64,000 bases of DNA. Origin: an uncultured candidatus Porisulfidus sp. (GTDB lineage: Bacteria; Pseudomonadota; Gammaproteobacteria; Poriferisulfidales; Oxydemutatoraceae). The number at the start of each line of letters is the position of its first letter. The stretch's first letter is position 1. The stretch lies in contig OZ244118.1 of NCBI GenBank assembly GCA_965215765.1, positions 1,773,309-1,837,308 on the forward strand, read 5' to 3'. Below are positions 10,202-22,870 of this stretch, one piece after another. A program made the translations under genes and the position numbers. The notes beneath the pieces were generated by a model, which saw only the letters and a program-made list of their open reading frames with translations, was not told the DNA's origin and did not search any database.

Positions 10202-11370
10202 CTGCAAACGCCTTCCCCGGAAGTGTCACCTGCTATTGAAAGCAGTGCTCTGTGTCTGGCAGCTTTCACCAGCCCGGGCTTGTCCGATGGCTGCACATTT
10301 TTCAGCAAATCCCCCAGCTCCAAAGAACTGAGCCTGCTTCCGGCAGCCATAATTTTTTCTTTGAGTTGCACCACTTTTTCCAGCGCACAGGGGGCTCCTT
10401 CGGGAAGCGTGAATCTCGTCAAGGCGTGAACCAGTTGCCGCAAGCGTTCCGGATTACGGATGCCATCAAAGCACTCCACAATTTTCAAGAGTAGCTCTGA
10501 GCCGGAGTCAGGTGGGTTTTTCAACCATTCATACAGACGCCGGACGCTTTCAGCGGCTTTGCAGTATTGGCCAGGCATTTTCAAATTTCGGCACAGCCCG
10601 GTCAATGAAATGGAGCAGGCTCCCGCAGACAGTGCGAGCAAAAGAAAACGCTCAAGAACATCCACTTTTGCCCCGCCACTGCTGGCAAGTGCCGCCAGCG
10701 CAGACCTGTAGCAATCCGTTTTGGAAAAAGCGACAAAATCAGGAGACAACGCCGAAAGTGCTCCCACTGCTTCCAATTCCTCAAAAAAGCGCGCGGCATT
10801 GTCCTCACCCAGTGCTGATTGCATTTCTTTCCACACTCTTTCCGAAGTCAACGCCTCAGTCTCTCCCGACCGAACCATTTGCTTCATGAGCTCTCGGGTG
10901 CTTCTGTCTACCTTGAACCCCAACCCGGAAAAGCGAGCGGCGAAACGGGCGACCCGCAGCACACGCACCGGATCTTCGGAAAAAGCCTCGGAAACGTGGC
11001 GCAAAAGCCGTTTTTCAATGTCACGCATCCCTCCATACGGATCTATGTAGCGATCCTGTGACTCATCGTATGCCACTGCGTTAATCGTCAAGTCCCGGCG
11101 CCGCAGATCTTCCTCAAGCGTCACCCGTGGATCCGCGTTGAATGTGAACCCTCGGTAGCCATGAGACACTTTCCGCTCGGTTCGCGCCAACGCATATTCA
11201 CCATCGAAGCCGGGTTTGATAAACACCGGAAAACCTCTGCCAACTGCCTTGAACCCCGACGCCAGCATTGCCTCTGGTGTGGATCCGACCACAACCCAGT
11301 CTTCGTCAGCACAGATCGGCAGGTGCAACAGGCGGTCACGTACCGCACCGCCGACAAGATAGAGTTTCAT
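10195..11370 (-). CDS. cca: tRNA nucleotidyltransferase (CCA-adding enzyme)
   Basis: [63 protein letters not shown]. Confidence 0.93.
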   Translation of the reverse strand: MKLYLVGGAVRDRLLHLPICADEDWVVVGSTPEAMLASGFKAVGRGFPVFIKPGFDGEYALARTERKVSHGYRGFTFNADPRVTLEEDLRRRDLTINAVAYDESQDRYIDPYGGMRDIEKRLLRHVSEAFSEDPVRVLRVARFAARFSGLGFKVDRSTRELMKQMVRSGETEALTSERVWKEMQSALGEDNAARFFEELEAVGALSALSPDFVAFSKTDCYRSALAALASSGGAKVDVLERFLLLALSAGACSISLTGLCRNLKMPGQYCKAAESVRRLYEWLKNPPDSGSELLLKIVECFDGIRNPERLRQLVHALTRFTLPEGAPCALEKVVQLKEKIMAAGSRLSSLELGDLLKNVQPSDKPGLVKAARHRALLSIAGDTSGEGVCSQ

Positions 11371-12245
11371 CGCCTCCCCAGGTAACCAGGGACAATGTCT
11401 TCAACAGCAACAAGGCATTTCGCGGCAGCCGTACTGGCAGTACAAACACCGTCAAGCTGAAGAGAGCGATAGTTGTCAATGGTGAACAAGCGACCCGGCA
11501 AAAATCCAACGATGTGTGCCAGAGACCGGCTAAGCGCATCAGGCATATCAAAAAGCACCAATCGACGCTCGGACAACTCGACCAAATACTCAAAAATTTC
11601 TCTGAGCGTATAGACCTTCGGCCCACACAGTTCATAACTGGCACCAACGCACTCATCGTTCTCCAGACAATTCACCATGAACCGGGAAACATCCATTACG
11701 TAAACCGGAGACAGTCTGGCGTTCGGACAAGGTATCGCCAAAACCCCTGGCGCAAAGTTGACCAATTCATAAAAGCGACTAAAAAAACGATCCCCACGCC
11801 CGAAAATAACAGAGGGACGAAAAACAGTCACCGCCATACCCGCGCGATCCTGCACCAGCATTTCCCCTGCCCCCTTGGAAGACAGATAACGACTGGCAGC
11901 ATCCGGACTGGCATTGAGCGCGCTGACATGTAGCAGACGTTGCACACGAATCAACTGGCATGCATCCATTAGCCGGGTTACAAATTCGACGTGCGCCTTG
12001 TAAAAATCTTCGGGATACAACAATCCGGCGTTCAAAATGCCAACCAGATTCACGACTGCATGGCAACCATCCAGAGCGGCGGCCAGGCTGGCGCATGACC
12101 CCTTTCGATAAATGCGCCAATCCACCCCCTCGCGGGTGCGTTGGGAACGGCTCACAACACGCACTTCATAACCGTGTTGCTTCAGTGTTTCGCACAGTGC
12201 CATGCCCAGAAAACCGCTGCCGCCAACCAGTGCTACTTTTTTCAT
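11367..12245 (-). CDS. NAD(P)-binding epimerase/dehydratase, NDUFA9-like family
   Basis: [46 protein letters not shown]. This family commonly lies next to cca. Confidence 0.85.
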   Translation of the reverse strand: MKKVALVGGSGFLGMALCETLKQHGYEVRVVSRSQRTREGVDWRIYRKGSCASLAAALDGCHAVVNLVGILNAGLLYPEDFYKAHVEFVTRLMDACQLIRVQRLLHVSALNASPDAASRYLSSKGAGEMLVQDRAGMAVTVFRPSVIFGRGDRFFSRFYELVNFAPGVLAIPCPNARLSPVYVMDVSRFMVNCLENDECVGASYELCGPKVYTLREIFEYLVELSERRLVLFDMPDALSRSLAHIVGFLPGRLFTIDNYRSLQLDGVCTASTAAAKCLVAVEDIVPGYLGRR

Positions 12246-12383
12246 CTCTATCCTGATTATCAATCCAAAATGAAGGTGCTCGTTTCGTGCTGTGCTATTC
12301 TACCCATCGTCCAGCTATTCAACAGGGTTCATAAGCCGATTACTGAAAGCAAAGTGCGTGGTGTGCGCAGTTGCGGGTTATAC

Positions 12384-13232
12384 ATGGGAAAATTTCTTGC
12401 CTTACTGCTTGCTGTGTTGATGTTATGCCTCGGCAATCTGCAGGCGCAAGTGGATATTGCCAACAACCCGGTCTTTCATGAAGCCACGAAAGCCTACCAG
12501 TCTGGAGAAATGGAAAAAGCGCGTGCCGGGTATCAATCCTTGCTCGACAGCTATCCGGACAACATCATGCTGAAAAACAATCTCGCTGTGATTGCCGCAC
12601 GGCAGGGGCACACCGAAGAAGCCGAAAAAATGTTTCGCGACGTGCTCCACAGCAATGGAACGATTGCGACCAGCTACCACAATCTGACTGCACTTTACGC
12701 CTACCAGGCAGCACAAACTTACCGTTTGGCACTATCGTTGGACACCAACCAGTCTGAATTGCCTGATCTGGTATTGGCAGAGCCAAAACAATCCGCCGCT
12801 TCGCCACGTGACTTGGTAGCACGCCTTTTGGGCGAAGCCCAGGTTAACGAAGCGATTATTCAAGATCCACAGGCAGCGCAGAAAAAAAGCGGAGAAAGCG
12901 TGGACGTGCTTGAAACGCTTCAAATTTGGGCAAAAGCCTGGGCAAAACAGGATGTTGAGGCCTACCTGGCAAATTATATCCCAAACTTCAAGGGTCGTGA
13001 GGAGTCACACGAAGCGTGGCAAGCCATACGAAGCACGAGGTTGCGTAACCCACGGTTCATCAAGGTCAGTCTAAGCAATATCAAAACCCGTCTTGCGGAC
13101 AAGGACTCCGCTTCAGCAAGCTTTGTGCAGAGCTATCAATCAAACCTGATTAAAAGCACGGTTCGAAAACGAGTCACCATGCAAATGATTGGTGGGAAAT
13201 GGAAAATCTCCTCCGAGCGCGTTTCCGGCTAG
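12384..13232 (+). CDS. exported TPR protein with C-terminal NTF2-like (Csd6/Cds6 C-terminal) domain
   Basis: Signal peptide ending in AQ, TPR-like NNLAVIAA and YHNLTALY, C-terminal WAKAWAKQDVEAYLANY...FVQSYQS...WKISSE. Confidence 0.75.
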   Translation: MGKFLALLLAVLMLCLGNLQAQVDIANNPVFHEATKAYQSGEMEKARAGYQSLLDSYPDNIMLKNNLAVIAARQGHTEEAEKMFRDVLHSNGTIATSYHNLTALYAYQAAQTYRLALSLDTNQSELPDLVLAEPKQSAASPRDLVARLLGEAQVNEAIIQDPQAAQKKSGESVDVLETLQIWAKAWAKQDVEAYLANYIPNFKGREESHEAWQAIRSTRLRNPRFIKVSLSNIKTRLADKDSASASFVQSYQSNLIKSTVRKRVTMQMIGGKWKISSERVSG

Positions 13233-14389
13233 CAATCCTGCTACTGCCAGTTTTGCTCATGGGTGCAACAACTGCACTTTTGGCTTTGGAAAACAAAACC
13301 GAGCAGGATTTACGCAAAACGCTGGACTTGCTCCTTAGACACCAAAGTCAGGATGCTTTGGAATTCAGCAGAAATGCGTTACAGGAAACTCCAAAGTCGC
13401 GTTTGGCACACCTGCTACACGCTGACCTGCTTGCCGTTTATGCGCATCAGAGCCCATTATTTTCGGCACAGCATGCGCTACAGAAAAAGCGCGTGGCCGA
13501 CTTACGGGATGAATTGGCACTGAGAATGGCTTACGTGCCTCCGAAAAAAAACCACCTGCCGGACACAATTCTCAGAATGTCTCCTCAATACCCGTATATT
13601 CTGCTCCTTGACGCCGCAAAATCTCGCCTGTACCTGCTTCAGAATCAAAACTCTCGCCCTGCTTTGCTTACAAGCTATTACACCTCAGTGGGTTCTGAAG
13701 GTATGGGAAAAGCCCGGGAGGGGGACAATAAGACACCACTCGGGGTGTACCAAATTACGTCTTATTTGCCAGATGACACCCTTCCCGACCTGTACGGGAG
13801 AGGAGCGTGGCCGATAAACTTCCCCAATGGCTTCGACAGGCTCAGGGGTAAGAATGGTTCCGGAATCTGGTTACACGGGGTGCCGGGCAATTTCGAAAGC
13901 CGCCCGCCAGAAGACAGCCGGGGATGCATCATCCTCAATAACCTTGCTGTACGTGACCTGGAACAGTTTATTGAGCCACGAAAAACATCCTTGGTGCTGG
14001 CGGAACGAGTTCAATGGCTTTCTCCGGACGCATGGGAGACATCCGGAGACAGGATTTACCGGCACTTTCAACAGTGGCTGGCTGACTGGCAAAGTCTCAA
14101 CGTTGAGAAATACCTTTCCCACTATTCCACTACGTATCAGTCAAAAAACGCAGACTATCAAACATTTACCGAACGCACCCAGCGTAACGCCCGGCAAAAA
14201 ACCTTTGTTTCAGTCACAGCCAAGGCAGTAGAGGTTTTCCTGTATCCGGGTGCAAAAAACGCGTACTTGCTCGAATTTGACCAGAACTACCGCAGTAATA
14301 ACTATCAGACTGACTATCGGAAAAAACAATTATGGGAAGAACAAGGTGACGGACAATGGAAAATCATCTACGAGGGTCACGCCAACTGA
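13199..14389 (+). CDS. L,D-transpeptidase/carboxypeptidase (YkuD + NTF2-like domain, Csd6/Pgp2-like)
   Basis: KAREGDNKTPLGVY, GAWPINFPN.FD, GSGIWLHG, SRGCI catalytic Cys, C-terminal NTF2-like W..DWQS....YLSHY...WKIIYE. Confidence 0.85.
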   Translation: MENLLRARFRLAILLLPVLLMGATTALLALENKTEQDLRKTLDLLLRHQSQDALEFSRNALQETPKSRLAHLLHADLLAVYAHQSPLFSAQHALQKKRVADLRDELALRMAYVPPKKNHLPDTILRMSPQYPYILLLDAAKSRLYLLQNQNSRPALLTSYYTSVGSEGMGKAREGDNKTPLGVYQITSYLPDDTLPDLYGRGAWPINFPNGFDRLRGKNGSGIWLHGVPGNFESRPPEDSRGCIILNNLAVRDLEQFIEPRKTSLVLAERVQWLSPDAWETSGDRIYRHFQQWLADWQSLNVEKYLSHYSTTYQSKNADYQTFTERTQRNARQKTFVSVTAKAVEVFLYPGAKNAYLLEFDQNYRSNNYQTDYRKKQLWEEQGDGQWKIIYEGHAN

Positions 14390-14434
14390 GTGCCCCATCC
14401 GAGCACCTTACAGAAGGAGCAAAAAACGGAGATT

Positions 14435-15277
14435 TCAGGAGCCTGGGTCTAAATTCAACCGCAACCAGCGCACCAGATCTACCCACATGACTCTGTAATC
14501 CCTTTCGTCCGGCATACGACGAGATGAAGCAAATTCAATCGTCAGTACCGGTATGTTCAATTCTTCCCCTGCGTACCACCCCAGAGAACCCGGAAAATTG
14601 CCAAGATCTCCATAAAGCAGCGTCCCCAGCTTCGCAGGTGGTTGGATATTCTCTGGGCCATCGTAGTCCACCAAACCTAAAGGAGCGTGTAAGGCCACTA
14701 TGACATCTGGCCGGAACTGTTCTATTTTCCGGGTCAGCCATTCTGTTTCTATTTCGCTTTGGGCATTTTTTCCCGGATATTTTCGAGGGTTTGAATGTGC
14801 TTTTTGCTGCCAGAAAGCAAGGGCTTCTGCACCACTTCCCGCAGAGCCAAAATTACGGTTCAAATCGACCCCGTTGGCGTTGCCGCGCACCGCCGGGGCG
14901 GCCAACAGACCATCTGGATTCAATGCTGGAACAAAATACCAATGAAAAAGACCAGAGTGATGCTCGACTAAAGTCTTTAGCCACTTGAAAGCCACGCTAT
15001 AGGAGGCATATTCATCGCCATGTATACCCCCAAGCAAAAGCACTTTTCCACGCATCCCTGCTGAGGAGGGAGCAGGCAAGAACTCACGGCTCATAACAGG
15101 CATCCCGGAAACACGGGTGTGTGCGGCCACTTGCAAGTCAAGATCCAGACATTCCCCAACGCTGACAGAGCTAAGTGTATTGCCAATTCTCTGACACGCT
15201 TCTTTCACAGAGACTTCGACCGCACCCACCCTCAAGGCAAGAAAAACCAATCCTGACAGTAAAACCCGAAACACCAT
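14435..15277 (-). CDS. M14-family zinc carboxypeptidase, murein peptide amidase A (MpaA-like), with signal peptide
   Basis: GGIHGDE, LNPDG, NANGVDLNRNF, SEIET, VALHAP, PGSLG, LTIEF. Confidence 0.85.
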   Translation of the reverse strand: MVFRVLLSGLVFLALRVGAVEVSVKEACQRIGNTLSSVSVGECLDLDLQVAAHTRVSGMPVMSREFLPAPSSAGMRGKVLLLGGIHGDEYASYSVAFKWLKTLVEHHSGLFHWYFVPALNPDGLLAAPAVRGNANGVDLNRNFGSAGSGAEALAFWQQKAHSNPRKYPGKNAQSEIETEWLTRKIEQFRPDVIVALHAPLGLVDYDGPENIQPPAKLGTLLYGDLGNFPGSLGWYAGEELNIPVLTIEFASSRRMPDERDYRVMWVDLVRWLRLNLDPGS

Positions 15278-15816
15278 CACAGACTGATTGTTCACATCAA
15301 AAGTGGCGGGAATTTCCGCGCTCAAATCAGGCGTTCAAGCCCTGACCACGAAAACACAGTCTCTCTTCCTTGAACTCTTTTCCTGGACAGCAAGGGGGTT
15401 TTTGTCCAATGGGCACGAATTCATGAGACCGCACAACAACTCGCTTTAAGCATGTTTCGCTTGCCGGATCACGCCGACTGCTTCCTGCTTGCTTTCACCT
15501 GGCTCAAGCAAAGCCGAGCTCTTTTCGGCAACTCCTCACAGAACCGTTACCATCAAGCGTCAAGCACAAGCTGCCACCTTTCCATGAGGCTTGCGTGGGC
15601 AAAGACGATACGCCAACAGGGCAACCTGCACCCGGCTTTTGTTGATTGACTCTCCCCCAAGTGTCTGGTCAGCATCCGTATTTTCTGTGCCTGAAATCCG
15701 GCAGGAAGCCAAGTTGTTTCCTTGCAGTCGATTCCCCCTTCTCCCAAGGAGTAACACGCATCTTGACACGGATCGGATGGCTGAATTTTCCCGACAACTA
15801 CAATCAAAGCGGGCTA

Positions 15817-17643
15817 CTAAAGCAGGGAGTACTGAAGGTTGGTAATGCCAAGTTTCTCCTGCACCGCATCAATCGCGAATCTTGCCACATGGTCAATGAC
15901 GATATGGTTTACGCAGGCATCCAAATCCTTCTGGGTCAACGTGCACCCGTCTCCATGCACCTGCTCGTACTTCTGATTTGCTGCACGAAGAACACCTAAG
16001 CACAACGCCTTATCATGTTCCAACATGGCATCACGCAGAACCTGACAGCACTGGGTACCATCATCCGGTGTGCCTCCTTTTTTTATCGCAATGTCTACTA
16101 TTTGAGGGAAAGCCACCAGCTCCATTTCCGCAACATGGTACTTCAGAAAATTATTTTCCTGACCTTCAGGTGTCTCCATCTTTGACAGTAAATCTACAAG
16201 AAGGGCTTCATCCTCCGGCGCATCTCCACTCGCTTTATTCTTATCAAGAATGTCCTTCTGGAGACTAGCAAGAGAACCCAATTTACTTGTCAGGTCTGGG
16301 GGGGTATCTGGCAGATCAACGCCCTGAGCTTCTGCTACCTCACGAGCTTGAAACCATAACAAGGAAGCAACGGTCTGGGAAAGAAAATTCTGGACTTCCT
16401 CTTCGCTCGGAGACTCTACAGACCTTCTCTCTCCTCCAAAAAAATACAACAAGGCGATCCTCTGTGCGTGCTGCCTTGTGGCATCCATATCAAGACCAGA
16501 AAATTTCAAGGTTTCGGCAACGGGTTTATGCCCATCTTCGCACAAAGTCCACCTCAGCACATACAATGCGGGGAAGGCGCACTCATGCACAAACCGGTTT
16601 TCAGATACCCTGTCTGAGGCAGTCAGAGCCATCAAGTATTTCACCCCGGGATCATTCTTAAAAGGAGACATCCCTTTCATGACCTCCGCCTCATCCGGGG
16701 TTTTGGGTGTGGGTTCCGAATATGGGGCATGTTCCTGTTGAGAAGCCAGATCGCCGGAAGGGGAATCGCCCCTCTCCGAACGTTCCTCAACCAGACGCTC
16801 TGCCAGCTCTTCCAGGTTGTTTGACGGTGAACCTTCTCTCGTCAGATCGCGTCCAATCTCATCAATGCGCTCTGACTGCAGTTGTTCCAAGACCATGACC
16901 GTAGCCTCAACCCGCAATGTTTGCTTGTACGCCGCAGGGTCAGTGGAAAGATTAACAAGGTCAACGCCACCGGAAAGAATGGAGTGCGTAAATTTTTCCA
17001 GGCAACGTGAATGAAAGTTCTCAGCGTTCAAATTCGGGTGAGCGCGAAGAAACTCTTCGGCTCTTTGCCCGGAATCTTGTCCGGCTGTTTCCGACCCGTT
17101 TTCTTTCGGGTTCTGAGCGTTGTCGGCCATTTCGTTCAGCCTTTCAACGACAGGGGAAAACAAGTCCTTTTCTACATTGACCTTTGCCAATAAATTCTGA
17201 AGGCAAAGATCTGCCTCACAGTGAACAAGGGTGAGTTGGATATCTTGAGGTTGGATTATGCTTAGGAACGGCCTTGCGGTTGCTATTCTTTCATTCAGAG
17301 ACACCAGGTCTCTGTAACGCAGAATTTGATTTTTTCTCTGCTTGCGTTCGCATGTTTTTATAATTAATGCCCTCTGCTCCTCGCGTAGTGGTTCTGCTTC
17401 AATGGATTCAATCAGCTGCCCGAGTATGAGTTGATTGTTTCGTTTCCTGGTTTTTCCCACAAATATGGGAGATTTGTCTTCTAGCCAACAAACTATTCTG
17501 TCGAACCAGCCAGACCCCCGATCTTTGACAATAACTTCTTGACGATTCGTGTCGAAACGAACCTCACTCTGAGGACGCAACGGTGCTTCACTTCCGCCGT
17601 TAACCCTCGCATAAAAGTCTGTGAACGTCCCATATACAGGCAT
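15817..17643 (-). CDS. hypothetical 608-aa protein, candidate type III-secreted effector (paralog 2)
   Basis: Long intact ORF with an AAGGGAAG RBS-like site and a close paralog at 18344-20188. The N-terminal ~120 aa resemble the SptP chaperone-binding region by eye. No catalytic domain recognised. Confidence 0.75.
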   Translation of the reverse strand: MPVYGTFTDFYARVNGGSEAPLRPQSEVRFDTNRQEVIVKDRGSGWFDRIVCWLEDKSPIFVGKTRKRNNQLILGQLIESIEAEPLREEQRALIIKTCERKQRKNQILRYRDLVSLNERIATARPFLSIIQPQDIQLTLVHCEADLCLQNLLAKVNVEKDLFSPVVERLNEMADNAQNPKENGSETAGQDSGQRAEEFLRAHPNLNAENFHSRCLEKFTHSILSGGVDLVNLSTDPAAYKQTLRVEATVMVLEQLQSERIDEIGRDLTREGSPSNNLEELAERLVEERSERGDSPSGDLASQQEHAPYSEPTPKTPDEAEVMKGMSPFKNDPGVKYLMALTASDRVSENRFVHECAFPALYVLRWTLCEDGHKPVAETLKFSGLDMDATRQHAQRIALLYFFGGERRSVESPSEEEVQNFLSQTVASLLWFQAREVAEAQGVDLPDTPPDLTSKLGSLASLQKDILDKNKASGDAPEDEALLVDLLSKMETPEGQENNFLKYHVAEMELVAFPQIVDIAIKKGGTPDDGTQCCQVLRDAMLEHDKALCLGVLRAANQKYEQVHGDGCTLTQKDLDACVNHIVIDHVARFAIDAVQEKLGITNLQYSLL

Positions 17644-18343
17644 AAATCACTTCCCTTCGGCACGTAATTATTCGTGCCAATTCTAACACACCCCCACCCC
17701 TCGGGACAATATTTTCGGCTGTGAGCACGAAGGGCGTCGCCTTGGTCGGCTCAGCCAGAGTGAGCTTTTCAGTAACCGGGGAGCCGTAAAAAGATGCGCA
17801 ACCAAGCGGAAAGCTCAGGCTCTGCCGTCCCGACAGAAGCAGAAGGTGCAGGGAGAAAATAAAAGGAAACAAATAGCTACCCATCACCGTTTCGGAAGAC
17901 TGAAAAGCTTCCAAACGACAAAGGCCTCACCGTCAAGCGAGACCTTTGCCTGTGTGCCACAAATAGATCTGTGGCAAGAGCCGGCGTCTTTGCTTACATC
18001 ATCCCGTCCATGCCGACTGGCTCCTGCTTGCTTTCATCTGGCTCAAGCAGAGCCAGACCCTTTTCGGCATCTCCTCACAGGACGGCTGGCATCAGGCACC
18101 AAACACAGGCTGCCTCCGTTTCATGTGGCTGGCGTAGGCAAAGACGGTACGTCCACAGGGCAACATGCCCTCGGCTTTCGCCGATTGATTCTCCCCTAAA
18201 GGCCTGGTCAGCACCCGGTATTTTCTGCGCCTGAAATCCGGCAGGAAGCCAAGCTGTTTCCCTGCAGCCGATTCCCCCTTCTCCACAAGGGGAACACGCA
18301 TCTTGACCCGAATCGGATGTCCGGATTTTCCCGACAACTGCAA

Positions 18344-20188
18344 TCAGAGCGGGCCATAGGAGTACTGAGGATTAGGGACGCCAAGTTCTTCCCGCATCAC
18401 AACGAGCGCAAATGTTGCCACATAGTCAGAGACGACTTCACGCACGCAGACATCCAAAGCTTCTTGGGTCAGCGTACCCCCATCTCCATGCACCTGCTCG
18501 TACTTCTGATTTGCGGCACAAAGAACACGCGAGCACAACGCTTTATCATGTTTCAACACGGCATCATGCAAAATCTGACAGCACTGACTGGATTTTCCCA
18601 TTATGAATCCCTTTTCATTCCCAATACCTGTCATTGCTCTGAAAGCTACCGTCTCCATTTCCGCAACACAGTGCTCCAGAAATTTATTTTTCTGACCTTC
18701 AGGTGTCTCCAGTTCTGACAGTAAATTTACAAGAAGGGCTTCATTCTCCAGCACAACATGCGACGCATCTCCACTCCCTTTATTCTTATCAAGAATGTCC
18801 TTCTGGAGACTCGCAAGAGAACCCAATATTTTTGCCAGATTTGGGGGGTCATCTGGCAGATCAACGCCATGAACATCTGCCATCTCACGAGCTTGTAACC
18901 ATAACAAGGAAGCAACGGTCTCGGAAAGAAAATTCCGGACTTCCTCTTCGCTCGGAGACTCTACAGACCTTCTCCCTCCTCCAAAAAAATACAACAAGGC
19001 AATCCTATGTGCGTGCTGCCTTGTGGCTTCCATATCAAGACCAGAAACTTTCAAGGTTTCGGCAACGGATTTATGTCCATTCTCGCGCAAAGTCCACCTC
19101 AGCCCATACAGTGTGGGGACGACGCACTCATGCACAAACCGGTTTTCAGATACCCTGCCTGGGGCAGTCAGAGCCATCAAATACTGCACCCCGGGATCAT
19201 GCTTAAAAGGAGACATTGCCCTCATGACCCCCACCTCATCCGGGGTTTTGGATGTGGGTTCCGAATATGGGGCAAGTTCCTGTTGAGAAACCAGCTCCCC
19301 GGGAGGGGAATCGCCTCTCTCTGAACGTTCCACGACCAGACGCTCGGCCAGCTCTTCCAGGTTGTTTAACGGTGAATCTTCTCTCATCAGATCGCGTCCA
19401 ATCCCATCAATGCGCCCTGACTGTAGTTGCTCCAAGACCATGACCGTAGCCTCAACCTGAAATACTTGCTTGTACGCCGCAGGGTCAGTGGAAAGATTGA
19501 CAAGGTCAACGCCACCGGAAAGAATGGAGTGCGTTAATTTTTCCAGGCAACGTGAATGAAAGTTCTCAGCGTTCAAATTCGGGTGAGAGCGAAGAAACTC
19601 TTCGGCTCTTTGCCCGGCATCCTGTCCAACTGTTTCCGACCCGTTTTCTTTCGGGTTCTGAGCACTGTCTGCCATTTCGTTCAGCCTTTCAACGACGGGG
19701 AGAAACAAGTCTTTTTCTACGTTGACCTCTGCCAATAAATTCTGAAGGCAAAGATCTGCCTCACAGTGAACAAAGGTGGATTGGATATCTTGAGGTTGGG
19801 TTATGCTTAGGAACGGCCTTGCGGTTTCTATTCTTTCATTCAGAGACACCAAGTCTCTGTAACGCAGAATTTGATTTTTTCTCTGCTTGCGTTCGCATGT
19901 TTTTATAATTAATACCCTCTGCTCCGCGCATAGCGGTTCTGCTTCAATGGATTTAATCAGTTGCTCAAGTATGAGTTGATTGTTTCGTTTCCTGGTTTTT
20001 CCCACAAACATGGGAGATTTGTCTTCTAGCCAACAAACTATTCTGTCGAACCAGCCAGACCCCCGATCTTTGACGATAACTCGATGTCCATTCGCGTCGA
20101 AACAAACCTCACTCTGAGAACGCGGCAGTGTTGCACTTCTGCTGTTAACTCCCGCATAAAAGTCTGTGAACGTCCCACATACAGGCAT
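18344..20188 (-). CDS. hypothetical 614-aa protein, candidate type III-secreted effector (paralog 1)
   Basis: Long intact ORF with an AAGGGGA RBS-like site; colinear paralog of 15817-17643. Confidence 0.75.
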   Translation of the reverse strand: MPVCGTFTDFYAGVNSRSATLPRSQSEVCFDANGHRVIVKDRGSGWFDRIVCWLEDKSPMFVGKTRKRNNQLILEQLIKSIEAEPLCAEQRVLIIKTCERKQRKNQILRYRDLVSLNERIETARPFLSITQPQDIQSTFVHCEADLCLQNLLAEVNVEKDLFLPVVERLNEMADSAQNPKENGSETVGQDAGQRAEEFLRSHPNLNAENFHSRCLEKLTHSILSGGVDLVNLSTDPAAYKQVFQVEATVMVLEQLQSGRIDGIGRDLMREDSPLNNLEELAERLVVERSERGDSPPGELVSQQELAPYSEPTSKTPDEVGVMRAMSPFKHDPGVQYLMALTAPGRVSENRFVHECVVPTLYGLRWTLRENGHKSVAETLKVSGLDMEATRQHAHRIALLYFFGGGRRSVESPSEEEVRNFLSETVASLLWLQAREMADVHGVDLPDDPPNLAKILGSLASLQKDILDKNKGSGDASHVVLENEALLVNLLSELETPEGQKNKFLEHCVAEMETVAFRAMTGIGNEKGFIMGKSSQCCQILHDAVLKHDKALCSRVLCAANQKYEQVHGDGGTLTQEALDVCVREVVSDYVATFALVVMREELGVPNPQYSYGPL

Positions 20189-20462
20189 AAACCATTCCCC
20201 TTAGGCACTCAATTATCCATGCCAATTCTACCATACCCCCCACCCTTCGGGACAATATTTTCGGCCGTGAGCACGAATGGCGTCGCCTTGGCCGGCTCAG
20301 CCAGAGTGAGCTTTTCAGTAACCGGAGAGCAGTAAAAAGATGCGCAACCAAGCAGAAAGCTCGGGCTCTGCCGTCCTGACAGAAGCAGAAGGTGAAGAGT
20401 GAAAATAAAAGGGAGCAAATAGCTGCCCATCACCGTTTCGGAAGACTGAAAAGCCCCCAAAC

Positions 20463-20496
20463 GACAAAGGCCTCACCGTCAAGCGAGGCCTTTGTC
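20463..20496 (-). terminator. probable intrinsic terminator of groESL (degenerate copy at ~17917-17950)
   Basis: Perfect 12-bp stem gacaaaggcctc/gaggcctttgtc ~45 bp after the groEL stop; the following T tract is short. Confidence 0.7.
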
Positions 20497-20539
20497 TGTG
20501 TGCCACAAATAGATCTGTGGCAAGAACCTGCGTCTTTGC

Positions 20540-22210
<1,671 letters not shown>

Positions 22211-22504
22211 CTAGTCCAAAATCGCCATGATGTCGCTTTCGCGCATCACGACAAGATCATCACCATCCAACGTGACTTCCGTGCCTGAGTATTTCCCAAA
22301 CATGATGGTCTCACCTACTTTGACATCCATCGGCAATCTCTTGCCGTCATCAAGCACTTTCCCTTCACCTACGGCAAGAATCTCTCCTTTCATAGGCTTC
22401 TCCGCAGCACTGTCAGGAATGACAATGCCACCAGGACTGGTCTTTTCTTCTGCCACTCGCTTGACCACAACACGATCATGCAATGGGCGTAATTTCACAC
22501 TCAT
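22211..22504 (-). CDS. groS: co-chaperonin GroES
   Basis: [40 protein letters not shown]. Confidence 0.99.
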   Translation of the reverse strand: MSVKLRPLHDRVVVKRVAEEKTSPGGIVIPDSAAEKPMKGEILAVGEGKVLDDGKRLPMDVKVGETIMFGKYSGTEVTLDGDDLVVMRESDIMAILD

Positions 22505-22870
22505 TTTTTTACTCCAAATTTATCTGAATAGGAACCGGGACGACAACCTGAACGGTTGCCACTTCCAATCTGCTCTACGGGGCTGCCGAGGAAGCAAACC
22601 CCTCACCAAAAGCTACTTCGAAACGCCAAAGTAGCCTCGGCATTGTACTTCGGCATCTCTGCGTGTCAATGACTTGCACACGACCAACTAAGCTCATGAC
22701 CCTACTTGAAGCCCAAGCTGGCTTTTAGCCGGGAATTTGGGTCAGCCGCTGCCGGCGGCGCTCATCCCCTGTTGAAAGAAGCTGTAAAACCAAGCCCTGA
22801 ACCGGTTCCAAAACATGAGCCCCTACGTGCCCGAAAAACTCCTGCCCGAAACAAGACCGGCCACAGACAA

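Noticed and set aside
10195-11370. CCA enzyme lacking a recognisable HD phosphatase motif
   Set aside because: Short forms of Cca are widespread in Gammaproteobacteria, so this is not unusual.
17662-17682. Sigma-54 promoter (TTGGCACG) upstream of the effector-like genes
   Set aside because: No TTGC at the required -12 spacing in either copy.
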